DNA of 64,000 nt from NCBI GenBank assembly GCA_025359905.1, contig JANYDF010000114.1, positions 46,077 to 110,076 on the forward strand, given 5' to 3'. The notes beneath the pieces were generated by a model. It had not been told where the DNA came from and did not search any database. It was given only the letters and a program-made list of their open reading frames with translations. This document shows, one piece after another, positions 37,422 to 46,426 of this stretch (position 1 is the first letter of the stretch; the number at the start of each line of letters is the position of its first letter). The stretch comes from Rhodospirillales bacterium (lineage in GTDB: Bacteria > Pseudomonadota > Alphaproteobacteria > Acetobacterales > Acetobacteraceae). Position numbers and translations under genes: made by a program.

Positions 37422-37545
37422 CCGCAGTTCCTCGGTTTTGACCCAGCAGCGAAGCCCAGCCCCGCGCGGCGGACAACCCTTGCGGCGTGGCGAACCAATT
37501 CCGCTGGGTGATACGCTGACGAACGTGGTGAGGAAACCAATAGTC

Positions 37546-38775
37546 GTGACAGCAACATCGGCGCGCGAGTCCGAGGTGGACGGCACCTACGCCTGGGTGC
37601 GGCTCGCCGCCTCGGTTTTGCTGTGCACCATTGGCGGAGTTGCAATGTGGTCGGTGGTGGTCACGCTGCCAGTGATCCAGGCCGAGTTTGGCGTGGCGCG
37701 CGGCAGTGCCGCCCTGCCCTACACGCTGACCATGATCTGCACCGCGCTGGGCAACGTCGTCATGGGCCGCGTGGTCGACCGCATCGGCATCATTCGCCCG
37801 GTGCTGATGGCCAGCGTGATGCTGTTCCTCGGCTATGCGGCAGCCAGTCAGTCGCAGAACATCCTGCAATTCGCCCTCGCCTCTGGTTTGCTGATGGCGC
37901 TGTTCGGCGCTTCGGTGACATTCGGGCCGCTGATGGCCGATGTGTCGCACTGGTTCATCCGGCGGCGCGGCATCGCGGTGTCCATCTGCGCCTCGGGCAG
38001 CTATCTGGCCGGGACCATTTGGCCGCCGGTGGTGCAGCATTTCACGGCGGCGTATGGCTGGCGGCACACGCATCTCGGCATCGGGCTGTTCTGTTTGGCC
38101 ACCATGCTGCCGCTGTCCCTGCTGCTGCGCCGCAGTCCGGTGGCGCGCCATGCGCCTTCGATGGCTGCGGTGCGCACCGGCCAGCCGATGCCCGGCCTAT
38201 CGCCGCGCACGCTGCAAATTTTGCTGATCGTGGCGGGCGTCGCCTGCTGCACCGCGATGGCAATGCCGCAAGTGCATATCGTGGCCTATTGCGGCGACCT
38301 TGGGTACGGCCCGGCGCGCGGGGCGCAGATGCTGTCGGTGATGCTGGCGTTCGGCATCGTCAGCCGCGTCGGCTCGGGCTTTGTCGCCGACCGCATCGGC
38401 GGGCTGCGCACGCTGCTGCTGGGGTCGGCAGCACAGGCGGTGGCGCTGGCGCTGTATCTTGGGTTCAACGGGCTGACCTCGCTGTACGTGGTCTCCGCGC
38501 TGTTCGGTCTGTTCCAGGGCGGCATCGTGCCGAGCTACGCGCTGATTGTCCGCGAGTATTTCCCAGCCAAGGAAGCCGGTGCGCGCATCGGCATGGTGCT
38601 CACAGCGACCATGCTGGGCATGGCGCTGGGCGGCTGGATGTCCGGCGTGATCTTCGACGCCACCGGGTCGTATCGTGCGGCCTTCGGCAACGGATTGGTT
38701 TGGAACATGCTGAATTTGGGCATCGCCGCCCTGCTGCTGGTCCGCAGCTTCGGGCGGCGCGCGGCACTCGCCTGA
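37546..38775 (+). CDS. MFS transporter
   Basis: Twelve-TM-like hydrophobic pattern with a GRVVDRIG motif between TM2 and TM3. Start uncertain: GTG candidates at 37525, 37528 and 37546, the last with GAGGAAA upstream. Confidence 0.8.
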   Translation: MTATSARESEVDGTYAWVRLAASVLLCTIGGVAMWSVVVTLPVIQAEFGVARGSAALPYTLTMICTALGNVVMGRVVDRIGIIRPVLMASVMLFLGYAAASQSQNILQFALASGLLMALFGASVTFGPLMADVSHWFIRRRGIAVSICASGSYLAGTIWPPVVQHFTAAYGWRHTHLGIGLFCLATMLPLSLLLRRSPVARHAPSMAAVRTGQPMPGLSPRTLQILLIVAGVACCTAMAMPQVHIVAYCGDLGYGPARGAQMLSVMLAFGIVSRVGSGFVADRIGGLRTLLLGSAAQAVALALYLGFNGLTSLYVVSALFGLFQGGIVPSYALIVREYFPAKEAGARIGMVLTATMLGMALGGWMSGVIFDATGSYRAAFGNGLVWNMLNLGIAALLLVRSFGRRAALA

Positions 38776-38778
38776 ACG

Positions 38779-39858
38779 CTACCCGGCTTTGCCGATCAGC
38801 ATGAAGCAGTGCACGTAGTCCATCGCGTGCCCGTCCGGCGCTGCCGCCACGTCGGCCTGATAGGCGGTGTAAAACTGATCGACCAGCGCGTGGCGCTCAG
38901 CCGCCGGGCGCGCTGGGTCGAGTGCGCCGAAGAACATGTTCTCGCTCCAAGAGCGTAACGTCGGCACGTAGGCGGCGGCAAAGGCGGCGGCGTCGCGTTC
39001 CACCGCGAAGCCGGCGGCGTATGGGCAGGGCGTGATGCGGGTCTCGCAATGCAACAGCGCCAGCCCGGCGCGGCGCACGGGGCTGTCGGGGTCGTCGAAC
39101 GGGGCGCGAAATTCGGCGACCGATTTGTAGTATTGCTGGAAATTGGTGGCGGTGAATTCCGCCACTGTGATCTCGCCTGCATCGCGCAACTCGCCCCAGT
39201 GCTTGGCGAAGTTGGCGTGCATATTGCGCTGGCCAGTGTAGCCCAAATAATACCCAGCCTCGTCCTGGCAAAAATTCGCCAGCACCAGCCGCCCGCCCGG
39301 CGCGAGCTCAGCGGCGCGATGCAGCAGGATGGTCTGCCAATCCGCCGCCGCCTGGGCAGCGAACGGCGCTCGCTCGGCATCCGTGCCCAGCACCGGATGC
39401 ACGGCGTTGGCCAATTTGCCCGGCAGGCGGCTCAGCCAGTGCATCGCGGTGCCGGAAAAGCCGAGTTGCAGCGACAGGCTGGGGAAAATCCGGCTGTAGA
39501 AGCTGGTGCCGCTGGCGAACGCAAACACGCCGGGCACATCGCCCAAGCCGCCCTGCACCTGGCGGAACAGGGTAGAGAAATCGTTGTGCGGCAAGTCGGT
39601 GTAGGTGATCGCCACCTGCCGGCCGGCGTCGCGCGCCCGCACCGCTGCGACCAGCGCGCGGTGCAGCCCAAGCGAGGTGCCACCGTCCGCCGCGCCATAG
39701 TCGGCCACCGTGAAAGCGCCCGCAGGCAGGGCAATTTCGCAGACCGCGCGCTCGACCAGCGGGATCGCCGAGTCGATCACATGGCGGGCGCCGATGGTGT
39801 TGGCGCTGTAGTAACCCGCGTCGCGCATGCGGATGATCGGGGTGGTCTGGCCGGTCAT
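38779..39858 (-). CDS. SABATH-family (Methyltransf_7, plant-type carboxyl/N-) SAM-dependent methyltransferase
   Basis: ATG at 39858. Blocks match SABATH signatures: MRDAGYYSANT (cf. MxGGxGxxSYAxNS), VADYGAADGGTS (cf. ADLGCSSGPNT), TDLPHNDFSTLF (cf. DLPxNDFNxLF), FAFASGTSFYSRIFPSLSLQLGFSGTAMHWLSRLP (cf. GSFYxRLFPxxSxHxxxSSxxLHWLSxVP), DWQTILLHRAAELAPGGRLVL. Confidence 0.75.
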   Translation of the reverse strand: MTGQTTPIIRMRDAGYYSANTIGARHVIDSAIPLVERAVCEIALPAGAFTVADYGAADGGTSLGLHRALVAAVRARDAGRQVAITYTDLPHNDFSTLFRQVQGGLGDVPGVFAFASGTSFYSRIFPSLSLQLGFSGTAMHWLSRLPGKLANAVHPVLGTDAERAPFAAQAAADWQTILLHRAAELAPGGRLVLANFCQDEAGYYLGYTGQRNMHANFAKHWGELRDAGEITVAEFTATNFQQYYKSVAEFRAPFDDPDSPVRRAGLALLHCETRITPCPYAAGFAVERDAAAFAAAYVPTLRSWSENMFFGALDPARPAAERHALVDQFYTAYQADVAAAPDGHAMDYVHCFMLIGKAG

Positions 39859-39871
39859 GGGGGTTCCTTGG

Positions 39872-40459
39872 TCAGTCGTCGTCGCGCGTGGCGCTGCCAG
39901 CGCCGCGCGCGCGCGATTGCTCGGAGGCGGGCACATAAGTGTGCGCCGCATAGGCTTGCAGCCGCGTCATCAGGTCCAGCGGCAAATCCGGCCGCCCGGC
40001 GGCGCGGGCAAGCGCGAACGGCAGGCCCGCCACCGCGCCGCCAAAACTCACGCGGATTGGCGCTGTTTCGAGCGCAAAAATTTCAGACCACGGCACAGAT
40101 GCGGTGGCCAGCGGCCATGCCATTTCCATTGCACCAAATTGCAGCGCCACCGCCACGCCGCGCTGCGCCGCCGCCAGCACCAGCGGCGGCAGCAGCCATG
40201 CCGGGGCCACCACATGCGGCAGCGCAATCGCGCCCGATGCCGCCAAGCTGTCGGCCAGATAGCAGCCCAGCCGCAGCGGATTGGCATCCGGCGGCGGCGG
40301 CCGGTCCAGCAGCGCCAGCAATCCACGCGCCCAGCCGGCACCGTGCGCCGCCAGCCAGCGCGCCGAGCGTCCCGCGTCGTCGGCCAGCCCCCAGGCCAAG
40401 CCGCCGCCGCGCGCGGCCTTCTGCGCCAGTGCCTCGACCTCGTTCAGCGACAATTCCAA
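39872..40459 (-). CDS. DUF3726 domain-containing protein
   Basis: TTG start at 40459, 4 nt after the upstream stop. LELSLNEVEALAQKAARGGGLAWGLADDAGRSARWLAAHG... and the C-terminal ...YVPASEQSRARGAG fit my recollection of DUF3726. The N-terminal 93 codons of track ORF 39872..40738 overlap the upstream gene and are Cys/Arg-rich junk. Confidence 0.55.
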   Translation of the reverse strand: MELSLNEVEALAQKAARGGGLAWGLADDAGRSARWLAAHGAGWARGLLALLDRPPPPDANPLRLGCYLADSLAASGAIALPHVVAPAWLLPPLVLAAAQRGVAVALQFGAMEMAWPLATASVPWSEIFALETAPIRVSFGGAVAGLPFALARAAGRPDLPLDLMTRLQAYAAHTYVPASEQSRARGAGSATRDDD

Positions 40460-40463
40460 CGGA

Positions 40464-42116
40464 TCAGGCCGCCCGGCCCAACGCGGGGTCAGCGGCGCAG
40501 GCCGCCAATTCCTCGGGAAACGGCGTGCCCTGGAACAGCGAAATACGCAGCCAGCGGTCCGAACGCGGGTCGAACCGCCCGGCGCCGAAGCAGGCCAGCT
40601 TGCAGCGCAGCAGATCGATGGGCCGCACATCGGCACCGAGCAGATTGTCGCGGACCTCGGCATACGGATATGCCGCCAGCGTTTGCACCCGGCGCACCGG
40701 GGCGCGCAAATCCGGCTGATCGAGCAACAGCCTGGCAACCGGGGTTGCCCCCGGTGCCGCCGAGAGCGCCGCGCGCAGCATTCCCAGGTCGCGGGCGAAG
40801 GTCAGCGGCGACTCCAACGCAGCCCCCGCCTCATCGGCCCGCTCGCCCATACGCGGCTCCAGCTTTTCCGCCGAGACGTACCAAAACCGCGCCTGCGCCG
40901 CCGGATTGGCGAAGTCGATGGCTTGGGCCCAGCCGCCATGTTCAACCACCAAACTGGCCAGTTCGGCGCAGGTCATCGACCCGTCGATTGGCACCGCCGT
41001 GTCTTCGTCGGCGCTCATGCTGTCGCCCAGATCGTCGACCAGCGCGCCGTGCGGCTCCAGCAGCAAGGCGACGGCATATTCCTGGCCTTCCGGGCTCAAT
41101 TCGATTTCGGCCCAGCGGTACAGCGCATCCCAGGGGAGCGGGCCATCGGGCAGCCCATGACGTTGCAACTGCGCCAAATCCTCGGCCAGCGCCGCGATGC
41201 GCGCCGTTTGCACCTCATCGACCGTCTGCCAATGCGCCACATTGCGCCGTGCTTCGGCAACGGCCTCGGCGAACGCCGCGCGCGCCGCCGCAGTGGCGGT
41301 GGGCAGCGAACGCACCCGCGCCAGCGCCGTTTCACGCGCCAGCATCCAGCGATGCAGCAACAGCGGATGCCTGGACAAATACGGCGCCATGCCAAGCCCG
41401 GTGGCGTTGCCAACACCGAAGCGGCGGCGCAGCGCCGGGCTGAGTTCCACCGCCGTGCGCGGCGACCGGGCGCGGGCGCAATGTTCCACCAGATCCACGG
41501 TGAAGGCGCGGGTCAGCCACACCGACAGCATTTCCGCCTGGAACGGCCCAGCAAACGCCGGATGCCCGGCGAGGCGTTCGCGATCGGCGATGCCGAACTT
41601 GCCGTTGCCGTACACGGCAGTGGTGCGCATCAGGTAGCCAACGTCCTCGACCTGCGCTGCATCCGGCTGCTGGCCGCTCGCCAAGGTGCGCGCCACGCTG
41701 TCGAACAGGCGCACGCTTTTGTTGGCGCGCGATAGGATTAGATCCCGCTCACTGAACCGCCCGGCCTCCTGGCGCGGCGCGTTGGCAGCCAGCCGGGCGA
41801 TTTCGGCCGCATCCGGCACGCCATCGTACAGCACGAATGAGGCATCCCAAGCCATGGCGATCACCCGGTCGGTGCGCTGATCGGCGGGCAGGTCGTTGGA
41901 AAATGCCACCAAGCTGACGCTGCGGCCCGGCATCCGCACCGTGTAGACCGCGTGGCCGAAGCCGCCCGCGTCCATCTCCCAGACCCGGCGCGAAAAGTGC
42001 CAGCGCTCGGCGGCGGCGCGGCGCAGCAGCACGCGCAGGAAACTCAACCGTGTCGGATGCATCGCACCCAAACGGGCGAGACGCATCACGGTGTCGGGAG
42101 AACGCAACGCAATCAT
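40464..42116 (-). CDS. Hypothetical protein, 550 aa, no domain recognised
   Basis: ATG at 42116 (MIALRSPDTVMRLARLGAMHPTRLSFL...), 4 nt after the Ldh_2 stop. The amino-acid composition looks like real coding sequence (balanced D/E/K/F/Y/W content, unlike the antisense frames). I recognise no catalytic motif. Confidence 0.6.
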   Translation of the reverse strand: MIALRSPDTVMRLARLGAMHPTRLSFLRVLLRRAAAERWHFSRRVWEMDAGGFGHAVYTVRMPGRSVSLVAFSNDLPADQRTDRVIAMAWDASFVLYDGVPDAAEIARLAANAPRQEAGRFSERDLILSRANKSVRLFDSVARTLASGQQPDAAQVEDVGYLMRTTAVYGNGKFGIADRERLAGHPAFAGPFQAEMLSVWLTRAFTVDLVEHCARARSPRTAVELSPALRRRFGVGNATGLGMAPYLSRHPLLLHRWMLARETALARVRSLPTATAAARAAFAEAVAEARRNVAHWQTVDEVQTARIAALAEDLAQLQRHGLPDGPLPWDALYRWAEIELSPEGQEYAVALLLEPHGALVDDLGDSMSADEDTAVPIDGSMTCAELASLVVEHGGWAQAIDFANPAAQARFWYVSAEKLEPRMGERADEAGAALESPLTFARDLGMLRAALSAAPGATPVARLLLDQPDLRAPVRRVQTLAAYPYAEVRDNLLGADVRPIDLLRCKLACFGAGRFDPRSDRWLRISLFQGTPFPEELAACAADPALGRAA

Positions 42117-42120
42117 CGGA

Positions 42121-43113
42121 TCATTCCGCCAAAGCCCGCACCCGCGCGAGCAGGTCATCGTGCAACGCCACGCCGTCCCGCGCCGATTTTGTCCGCGCCG
42201 CCAGACGCTTGCGGCCCGGCAGCCGGGCCCCGGCATCGGCGAACGCCCCGGCCACCAGCGCCATCCGCGCCGCGAATGCGCCGCCAGACGCAGCGTCTGG
42301 GGCAATGGCGATGAAAAACTGTCCGGTGCGCGGCGGCCCGCCCTGGTCGCCAGAAAACGGGCTGGCGATCACGCCGGGGGTCGCCCCGGTCAGGCAAGCG
42401 GCCATCACCTCGGTGAGCAACGCCAGCCCGACGCCTTTGTAGCCGCCCGCCGGGGCCATGGTGCCCGCAAGCCCGGCTTTCGCATCGGTCGTCGGATTAC
42501 CATCGGCGTCCAGCGCCCAGCCGGGTTCCAGCGCGCGGCCCTCGCGTTCCCGTTTCATCACTTCGCTTTTGGCGATCACGCTGGCGCTTTGGTCGATGAC
42601 GAACCCAGCCTCGCCCGGCACCGCCAGCGAGAACGGATTGGTGCCCAGCACTTTCTTGGTGCCGCCCCATGGTGCGATCGAGGCGGGCGCATTGGTGAAA
42701 CCCAGTGCTACCAGCCCGCGCCCGGCAATCCGCTCGGTATGGTAGCCCAGCACGCCGCAATTATAAGAGTTGTTGACCGAAAGCGCCGCGATGCCCTGCG
42801 ACTGCGCCGCCGCGATCAGCTTCTCGAACCCGGCGTCGATGGCCGGATGGGCGAACCCGGCCTTGGCGTCGGCCAGTACCAGCCCCGGTTTCGGTTGCGT
42901 CACCACCGGCACCGCGTCAGCCGCGACCTTGCCCACCTTCAGATGCAGGCAATAGATCGCCAGATAGGCCAAGCCATGCGAGGCCAGCCCGTCGCCCTCG
43001 GCTGCGGCAATGGCGCGGGCCAATGAAGCCGCCGCTTCCGGCTGCGCGCCATGCGCCACAAGCGCGCGGCTGGCGAGGGTTTCGATCTCGCCCAGCGATA
43101 CCGTCGTGGTCAT
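42121..43113 (-). CDS. Ldh_2 family (malate/L-lactate/sulfolactate dehydrogenase type 2) oxidoreductase
   Basis: 330 aa. VSLGEIETLASRALVAHGA...GLASHGLAYL...GTNPFSLAVP...VIAKSEVM...APAGGYKGVGLALLTEVMAA. Confidence 0.85.
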   Translation of the reverse strand: MTTTVSLGEIETLASRALVAHGAQPEAAASLARAIAAAEGDGLASHGLAYLAIYCLHLKVGKVAADAVPVVTQPKPGLVLADAKAGFAHPAIDAGFEKLIAAAQSQGIAALSVNNSYNCGVLGYHTERIAGRGLVALGFTNAPASIAPWGGTKKVLGTNPFSLAVPGEAGFVIDQSASVIAKSEVMKREREGRALEPGWALDADGNPTTDAKAGLAGTMAPAGGYKGVGLALLTEVMAACLTGATPGVIASPFSGDQGGPPRTGQFFIAIAPDAASGGAFAARMALVAGAFADAGARLPGRKRLAARTKSARDGVALHDDLLARVRALAE

Positions 43114-44096
43114 GCGCTGCCCTCCGGCGCGAACGATGCGGCCATGAACCGCCGCCAGTTGCCGCCTAGAATCCCAGCGGTCTCAGCCTCGGAGAACCCA
43201 GCCGCGCGCAGACCGGCGGCAAGGCCCGGAAAGTCCAAATTGCTGCGAAACCACACCGGCTGTGGCTGAAACGCCGGGACCGGAGCGGCCGGCGCGGGGC
43301 GGGTCCAGCGCCCGGCGCGCATCCATTGCAGCACGCTGTCGGGCTGATCCTGGCACAAATCCGAGCCGATCCCCAGGTTCGCCGCGCCGACAATCTCCGC
43401 CGTGCGCGCCGCCATGGCGCAGAACGACTCCAGCGTGGTGGCCGGGCCATCGGCCAGATGCACCGGGTAGCAGGACAGGCCGAGGAACCCGCCCGACTCG
43501 GCCAGCGCCCGAAGCACCGTGTCCGACTTGTTGCGCAGCGTGGCTTTCCAGGTGGCCGCGTTGGCGTGGCTGACCGTCACCGGGCGGCGCGAGGCAGCGA
43601 TGGCTTCCAGCGTGGTGCGCTCGCCGGAATGCGACAGGTCGACGACCATGCCGAGCCGGTTCATCTCGCGGATGACGCCGCGTCCCATCGCGGTGACGCC
43701 GCTATCCACCGGCTCCATCCAGCCGCAGCCGAGCAGCGATTGCATATTATAGGTGAGTTGCATGAACCGGATGCCGAGCCGGTACAGCACACCAACCAGC
43801 CCCAGATCGTCTTCGATCGGCAGCGGGTTTTGCAGCCCGAATACGATGGCGGTGCGCCCGCTGGCCTCCGCCGCCGCCAGATCGGCCGCCGATTCGCCGG
43901 GAGCGATCAGGTCGGCGTGCTCGCGCAGCCGCCATTGCCAGTCCACGATGCGGTCCACCGTGGGGCGGAAGCCTCCGTGATAAGCGACGGTGACATGCAC
44001 CGCCGTCATCCCGGCCGCATGCATCTGCTCGAACACAGCGCGCGACCAGTTACAGAATTGCAGGCCGTCGATCAGGGGGGGATGTTTGGCGTTCAT
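43110..44096 (-). CDS. Peptidase M19 (renal/membrane dipeptidase) family homologue with a degenerate metal site
   Basis: 328 aa. M19 blocks present: MQLTYN, REMNRLGMVVDLSHSG, VTVSHANA, RNKSD. The canonical DGHNDLPW reads IDGLQFCNW and the canonical G(I/V)EGG reads FGLQNP. Stop overlaps the Ldh_2 start by 4 nt. Confidence 0.8.
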   Translation of the reverse strand: MNAKHPPLIDGLQFCNWSRAVFEQMHAAGMTAVHVTVAYHGGFRPTVDRIVDWQWRLREHADLIAPGESAADLAAAEASGRTAIVFGLQNPLPIEDDLGLVGVLYRLGIRFMQLTYNMQSLLGCGWMEPVDSGVTAMGRGVIREMNRLGMVVDLSHSGERTTLEAIAASRRPVTVSHANAATWKATLRNKSDTVLRALAESGGFLGLSCYPVHLADGPATTLESFCAMAARTAEIVGAANLGIGSDLCQDQPDSVLQWMRAGRWTRPAPAAPVPAFQPQPVWFRSNLDFPGLAAGLRAAGFSEAETAGILGGNWRRFMAASFAPEGSA

Positions 44097-44186
44097 TATG
44101 CGGCAGCGTCAAACGGCGGCGGCGGTCCGTCAAGGCGGCTTGTGGCGCTGGCGAACGGCGGGCGACGTGACTAGGGTGCGCGCCAA

Positions 44187-45152
44187 TTGGGTAAGGGTCT
44201 GATCCGCGTGACCACACCGCTGCGGCATTTGCTGGCCATCGAGGGCATGTATCCGCCGCAAATCGCGGGGCTGCTCGATCTCGCGGAAAGCTACGTGCTG
44301 CTCAGCCGCACCGGCACCACGCCGCGCGACCGGCTGCGCGGGCGCACGCTGATCAATCTGTTTTTCGAGGACAGCACCCGCACCCGCACCAGCTTCGAAC
44401 TGGCAGGCAAGCGGCTGGGGGCCGACGTTATCAACATGTCGGTCGCCACCTCCAGCGTGAACAAGGGCGAGACGCTGCTCGACACGGCGGCGACGCTGAA
44501 CGCGATGAACTGCGACCTGCTGGTGGTGCGCCACGCCGCCTCCGGCGCGCCGGTCCTGCTGGCGCGCAAGGTCGATGCGGCGGTTATCAACGCGGGCGAC
44601 GGCACCCACGAACACCCCACCCAGGCGCTGCTCGACGCACTGACCATCCGGCGGCGGCTGGGCGGCTTGCAGGGGCTGGTGGTGGCAATCTGCGGCGACA
44701 TCCTGCATTCGCGGGTGGCGCGCTCCAACATCCACCTGCTGTCGGCGATGGGCAGCCGGGTGCGGGTGGTCGGCCCGCCGACGCTGATCCCGCCCGAAGC
44801 CCACCGGCTTGGCGTCGAGGTGTTCCACGACATGAAGGCCGGATTGGCCGGGGCCGACGTGGTGATGGCGCTGCGGCTGCAACAGGAACGCATGACCGGC
44901 GGCCTGGTGCCCAGTTCGCGCGAGTATTTCCGCTTCTTCGGGCTGGATGCCGACAAGTTGTCCTACGCCAAGCCGAACGCGCTGGTGATGCACCCCGGCC
45001 CGATGAACCGCGGTGTCGAGATCGCCAGCAGCGTGGCCGACGACCCAGTGCGCAGCGTGATCCGCGAGCAGGTGGAAATGGGTGTGGCGGTGCGCATGGC
45101 GGTGCTCGACGTGCTGGCCCATGCCGGGATCAAAGGCGGGCCGCGCCAATGA
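44187..45152 (+). CDS. pyrB: Aspartate carbamoyltransferase catalytic subunit
   Basis: [21 protein letters not shown]..., [21 protein letters not shown]. Start is TTG 44187 or GTG 44208. Confidence 0.9.
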   Translation: MGKGLIRVTTPLRHLLAIEGMYPPQIAGLLDLAESYVLLSRTGTTPRDRLRGRTLINLFFEDSTRTRTSFELAGKRLGADVINMSVATSSVNKGETLLDTAATLNAMNCDLLVVRHAASGAPVLLARKVDAAVINAGDGTHEHPTQALLDALTIRRRLGGLQGLVVAICGDILHSRVARSNIHLLSAMGSRVRVVGPPTLIPPEAHRLGVEVFHDMKAGLAGADVVMALRLQQERMTGGLVPSSREYFRFFGLDADKLSYAKPNALVMHPGPMNRGVEIASSVADDPVRSVIREQVEMGVAVRMAVLDVLAHAGIKGGPRQ

Positions 45153-46426
45153 GCGATGTTCTGTTCATCAATGCGCGGCTGATCGACCCGGCATCGGGGC
45201 TGGATCAACAGGGGGCGCTGCTGGTGCGTGACGGCCGGATCGCCGATCTGGGCCAGAACCTCGGCCGCCCGGACGGGGTCGCGGTGGTTGATGGCGAAGG
45301 GGCGGTGCTGTGCCCCGGTCTGGTCGATATGCGCGTCGAAGTCGGCGAGCCGGGCGGCGAGTATCGGGAGAACATTCCCTCCGCAGCACTGGCCGCCGCG
45401 TTCGGCGGCATCACGACGGTTGCCGCCCTGCCCGACAGCAAGCCCGCCATCGATGACCCCGCCCTGGTTCGCCTGTTGCGCACGCGCGGCGAGGAGACCG
45501 GCAGCCTGACGGTGCACCCATATGGCGCACTCACCCGTGGTTGCCGGGGCGAGGAACTGGCCGAACTCGGGCTGTTGCGCGAAGCAGGCGCTGTTGCATT
45601 TACCGACGGCGCGCGGGCCATCGGCCCGGCCAAACTGATGCGCTTGGCGCTGACCTACGCCCGCATGTTCTCTGCCCGCATCGTGCAGCACCCGGAAGAA
45701 CCGACGCTGGCGGCCGGCGGCGCCGCCACCGAGGGCGAACTGGCAACCCGGCTCGGATTGCCCGGTATTCCGGCCGCCGCCGAGGCGTTGATGGTGGCGC
45801 GCGACATCGCGCTGGCCCGCTTGACCGGTGGGGCGGTGCATTTCGCCCATGTTTCGACCGCCGCCGCGCTGGAACTGATCCGCCGCGCCAAGGACGAAGG
45901 CCTCGCCATCACCTGCGACACCGCGCCGCCGTATTTCGATCTGAACGAAACCGCCATCGGCAACTGGCGCAGCTACGCCAAGCTGTCGCCGCCGTTGCGC
46001 GCGGACGCCGACCGGCAGGCGGTGGCGGCGGCGCTCGCGGACGGCACCATCGACGCGGTGGCCAGCGACCACCAGCCGCGCGACCCGGACGATAAGCGCC
46101 TGCCGTTTGCCCAGGCCCAGCCGGGCGGCGCTGGACTGGCGACACTGCTCGGCATCACGCTGGCGCAGGTGCATGGCAGCGGCCTGCCGCTCGGCCGCGC
46201 GCTGGAATTGCTGACCGTCGCCCCTGCCCGCATCCTCGGCGTGCCGGCCGGAACGCTGGCCAGGGGGGCTGCAGCGGATCTGGCGCTGTTCGATCCCGAC
46301 CGCAGTTGGCGCGTTACTGCGGGTGCGTTGCCCGGCCGGGCGCAGAACACGCCGTTCGACGGGCGCGCTTTGGAGGGCCGAGTGCTCGGCACCTGGAAGG
46401 CCGGACGGCGGGTATTTGGCGGCTGA
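45149..46426 (+). CDS. pyrC: Dihydroorotase-like protein, probably non-catalytic (PyrC'-type ATCase partner)
   Basis: 425 aa with a 4-nt overlap with pyrB. Amidohydrolase fold blocks [30 protein letters not shown] and ASDHQPRD are present. The N-terminal metal motif DxHVHxREPG reads [10 protein letters not shown], so both His are absent. Confidence 0.8.
   Translation: MSDVLFINARLIDPASGLDQQGALLVRDGRIADLGQNLGRPDGVAVVDGEGAVLCPGLVDMRVEVGEPGGEYRENIPSAALAAAFGGITTVAALPDSKPAIDDPALVRLLRTRGEETGSLTVHPYGALTRGCRGEELAELGLLREAGAVAFTDGARAIGPAKLMRLALTYARMFSARIVQHPEEPTLAAGGAATEGELATRLGLPGIPAAAEALMVARDIALARLTGGAVHFAHVSTAAALELIRRAKDEGLAITCDTAPPYFDLNETAIGNWRSYAKLSPPLRADADRQAVAAALADGTIDAVASDHQPRDPDDKRLPFAQAQPGGAGLATLLGITLAQVHGSGLPLGRALELLTVAPARILGVPAGTLARGAAADLALFDPDRSWRVTAGALPGRAQNTPFDGRALEGRVLGTWKAGRRVFGG

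Noticed and set aside
39049-41443. Two long plus-strand ORFs (556 aa and 538 aa) over the five-gene operon
   Set aside because: The translations are extreme Pro/Ala/Arg low complexity (e.g. PAAAAAMPGPPHAAAQSRPMPPSCRP). The opposite strand gives motif-bearing proteins (SABATH, DUF3726) with tight operon spacing.
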